From the NCBI RefSeq assembly GCF_048593235.1, contig NC_133617.1:737842958-737906957 (forward strand): a stretch of 64,000 nucleotides of DNA. Reading direction: 5' to 3'. Both the position numbers and the translations under genes were made by a program. The notes beneath the pieces are model-generated. The model had not been told where the DNA came from and ran no database searches. It saw only the letters and a program-made list of their open reading frames with translations. Positions within the stretch are counted from its first letter, which is position 1; every line of letters begins with the position of its first letter. Source of the stretch: Sminthopsis crassicaudata. Lineage: Eukaryota. Below, piece by piece: positions 63,177-64,000 of the stretch.

Positions 63177-64000
63177 TGTCACTCAAGGCTCTGTCAGAAT
63201 GTTAGCAGGCACAGACTGAATGATGAGGAATACCTATAGGCTGAAAAAATATCTGCTATGAAGATAAATGATCTTCTATGACGAGAATGTCAGCAGTGAG
63301 CAATCTAGGTTAGATAATCAGGAGGCAATCAGAAATCAGGAGAGATCAGCCTTCTACCAAGGGCGCCAGCCAGTGAATCAAGAAGACCAATTAAACCCCC
63401 CCCCATCAGATCCCTTTCAGAATTGAGCATTCTGTCTTAAGTCTGAAGGTAGACTGTCTCTTTAATCAATATTAATTATCAACACCAAATTTAATCAATA
63501 CCTTCTCCAACTTTAAGTAAACGGTCAGAGTCCAGGTCCAGCGTGTCACAAAGGGTGTGAAATGAACCACAGATCTATGAGGAAGATGTGCTATTCAGTC
63601 TTCAAATTTATTGATCTGAGAGACAAATTTATATAAGTTTCCAATGCTTATAGAGTCAATACATAATACACTCTTTGATATTCCTGTAACTGGCTCTAAC
63701 AAACCCAATCCCCTGGGATGCAAATGGTTAGGCCAGATTTTGGCCACTTGGACAGAATTGTAAATAGTTGTGAAACACATCAGAGCAAAATTATCATACC
63801 AATGTCTTCAGTGCTTTTCTCCTAAATGTCTTTGATCTCTGTGGTGGGCTGCTCTTCCTAGCCTAAGTTCAAAGGCTTGTCTTTGATCTATTATACAGTT
63901 AGGTTTGCATTTAGTTTCAGTCACAGGCATTCCCTATCAAGCTTCCAATAGGTCTGTCTCTGCAAATGTATATTGGGAAGAATTGGTGAGCCCAGAGTAA
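63177..64000. mobile_element. Probable LTR sequence interrupting an L1 3' relic, running off the window end
   Basis: TGTCAC...GTCACA-bounded block (63177-63550) followed by more LTR-like sequence; TSD not seen. Confidence 0.4.

Overview
Vertebrate genomic DNA from a marsupial, most likely a dasyurid such as the Tasmanian devil (inferred from WSINE1-like CORE-SINEs, an OC1-type hAT MITE and marsupial L1 3' ends). Two sized N gaps are present. The one gene I can firmly support is DNASE1L3 on the + strand: 8 coding exons from 36926 to 60349, all GT-AG, giving a 313-aa protein with a signal peptide, both catalytic histidines and a basic C-terminal tail. A CpG island at about 4.0-6.1 kb looks like the promoter and non-coding first exon of a minus-strand gene; by recalled vertebrate synteny this is probably ABHD6, but none of its coding sequence is in the window. 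The rest is mostly repeats: MIR, L2, CR1 and L1 relics, solo LTRs with intact target-site duplications (TSDs), a deleted betaretrovirus-like provirus in intron 6 and several tandem arrays. I found no clearly new biological system. The best leads are a speculative phase-consistent five-exon chain on the minus strand at 20.8-23.7 kb, a 59-bp palindrome between 8-bp direct repeats, two short local sequence-copying events, an OC1 MITE with a nested SINE, and apparent lineage-specific changes in DNASE1L3 (an N-glycosylation sequon, an extra Cys, a weak exon-5 donor). Boundaries of old repeats are approximate, and family names and human comparisons come from recall, not from a search.
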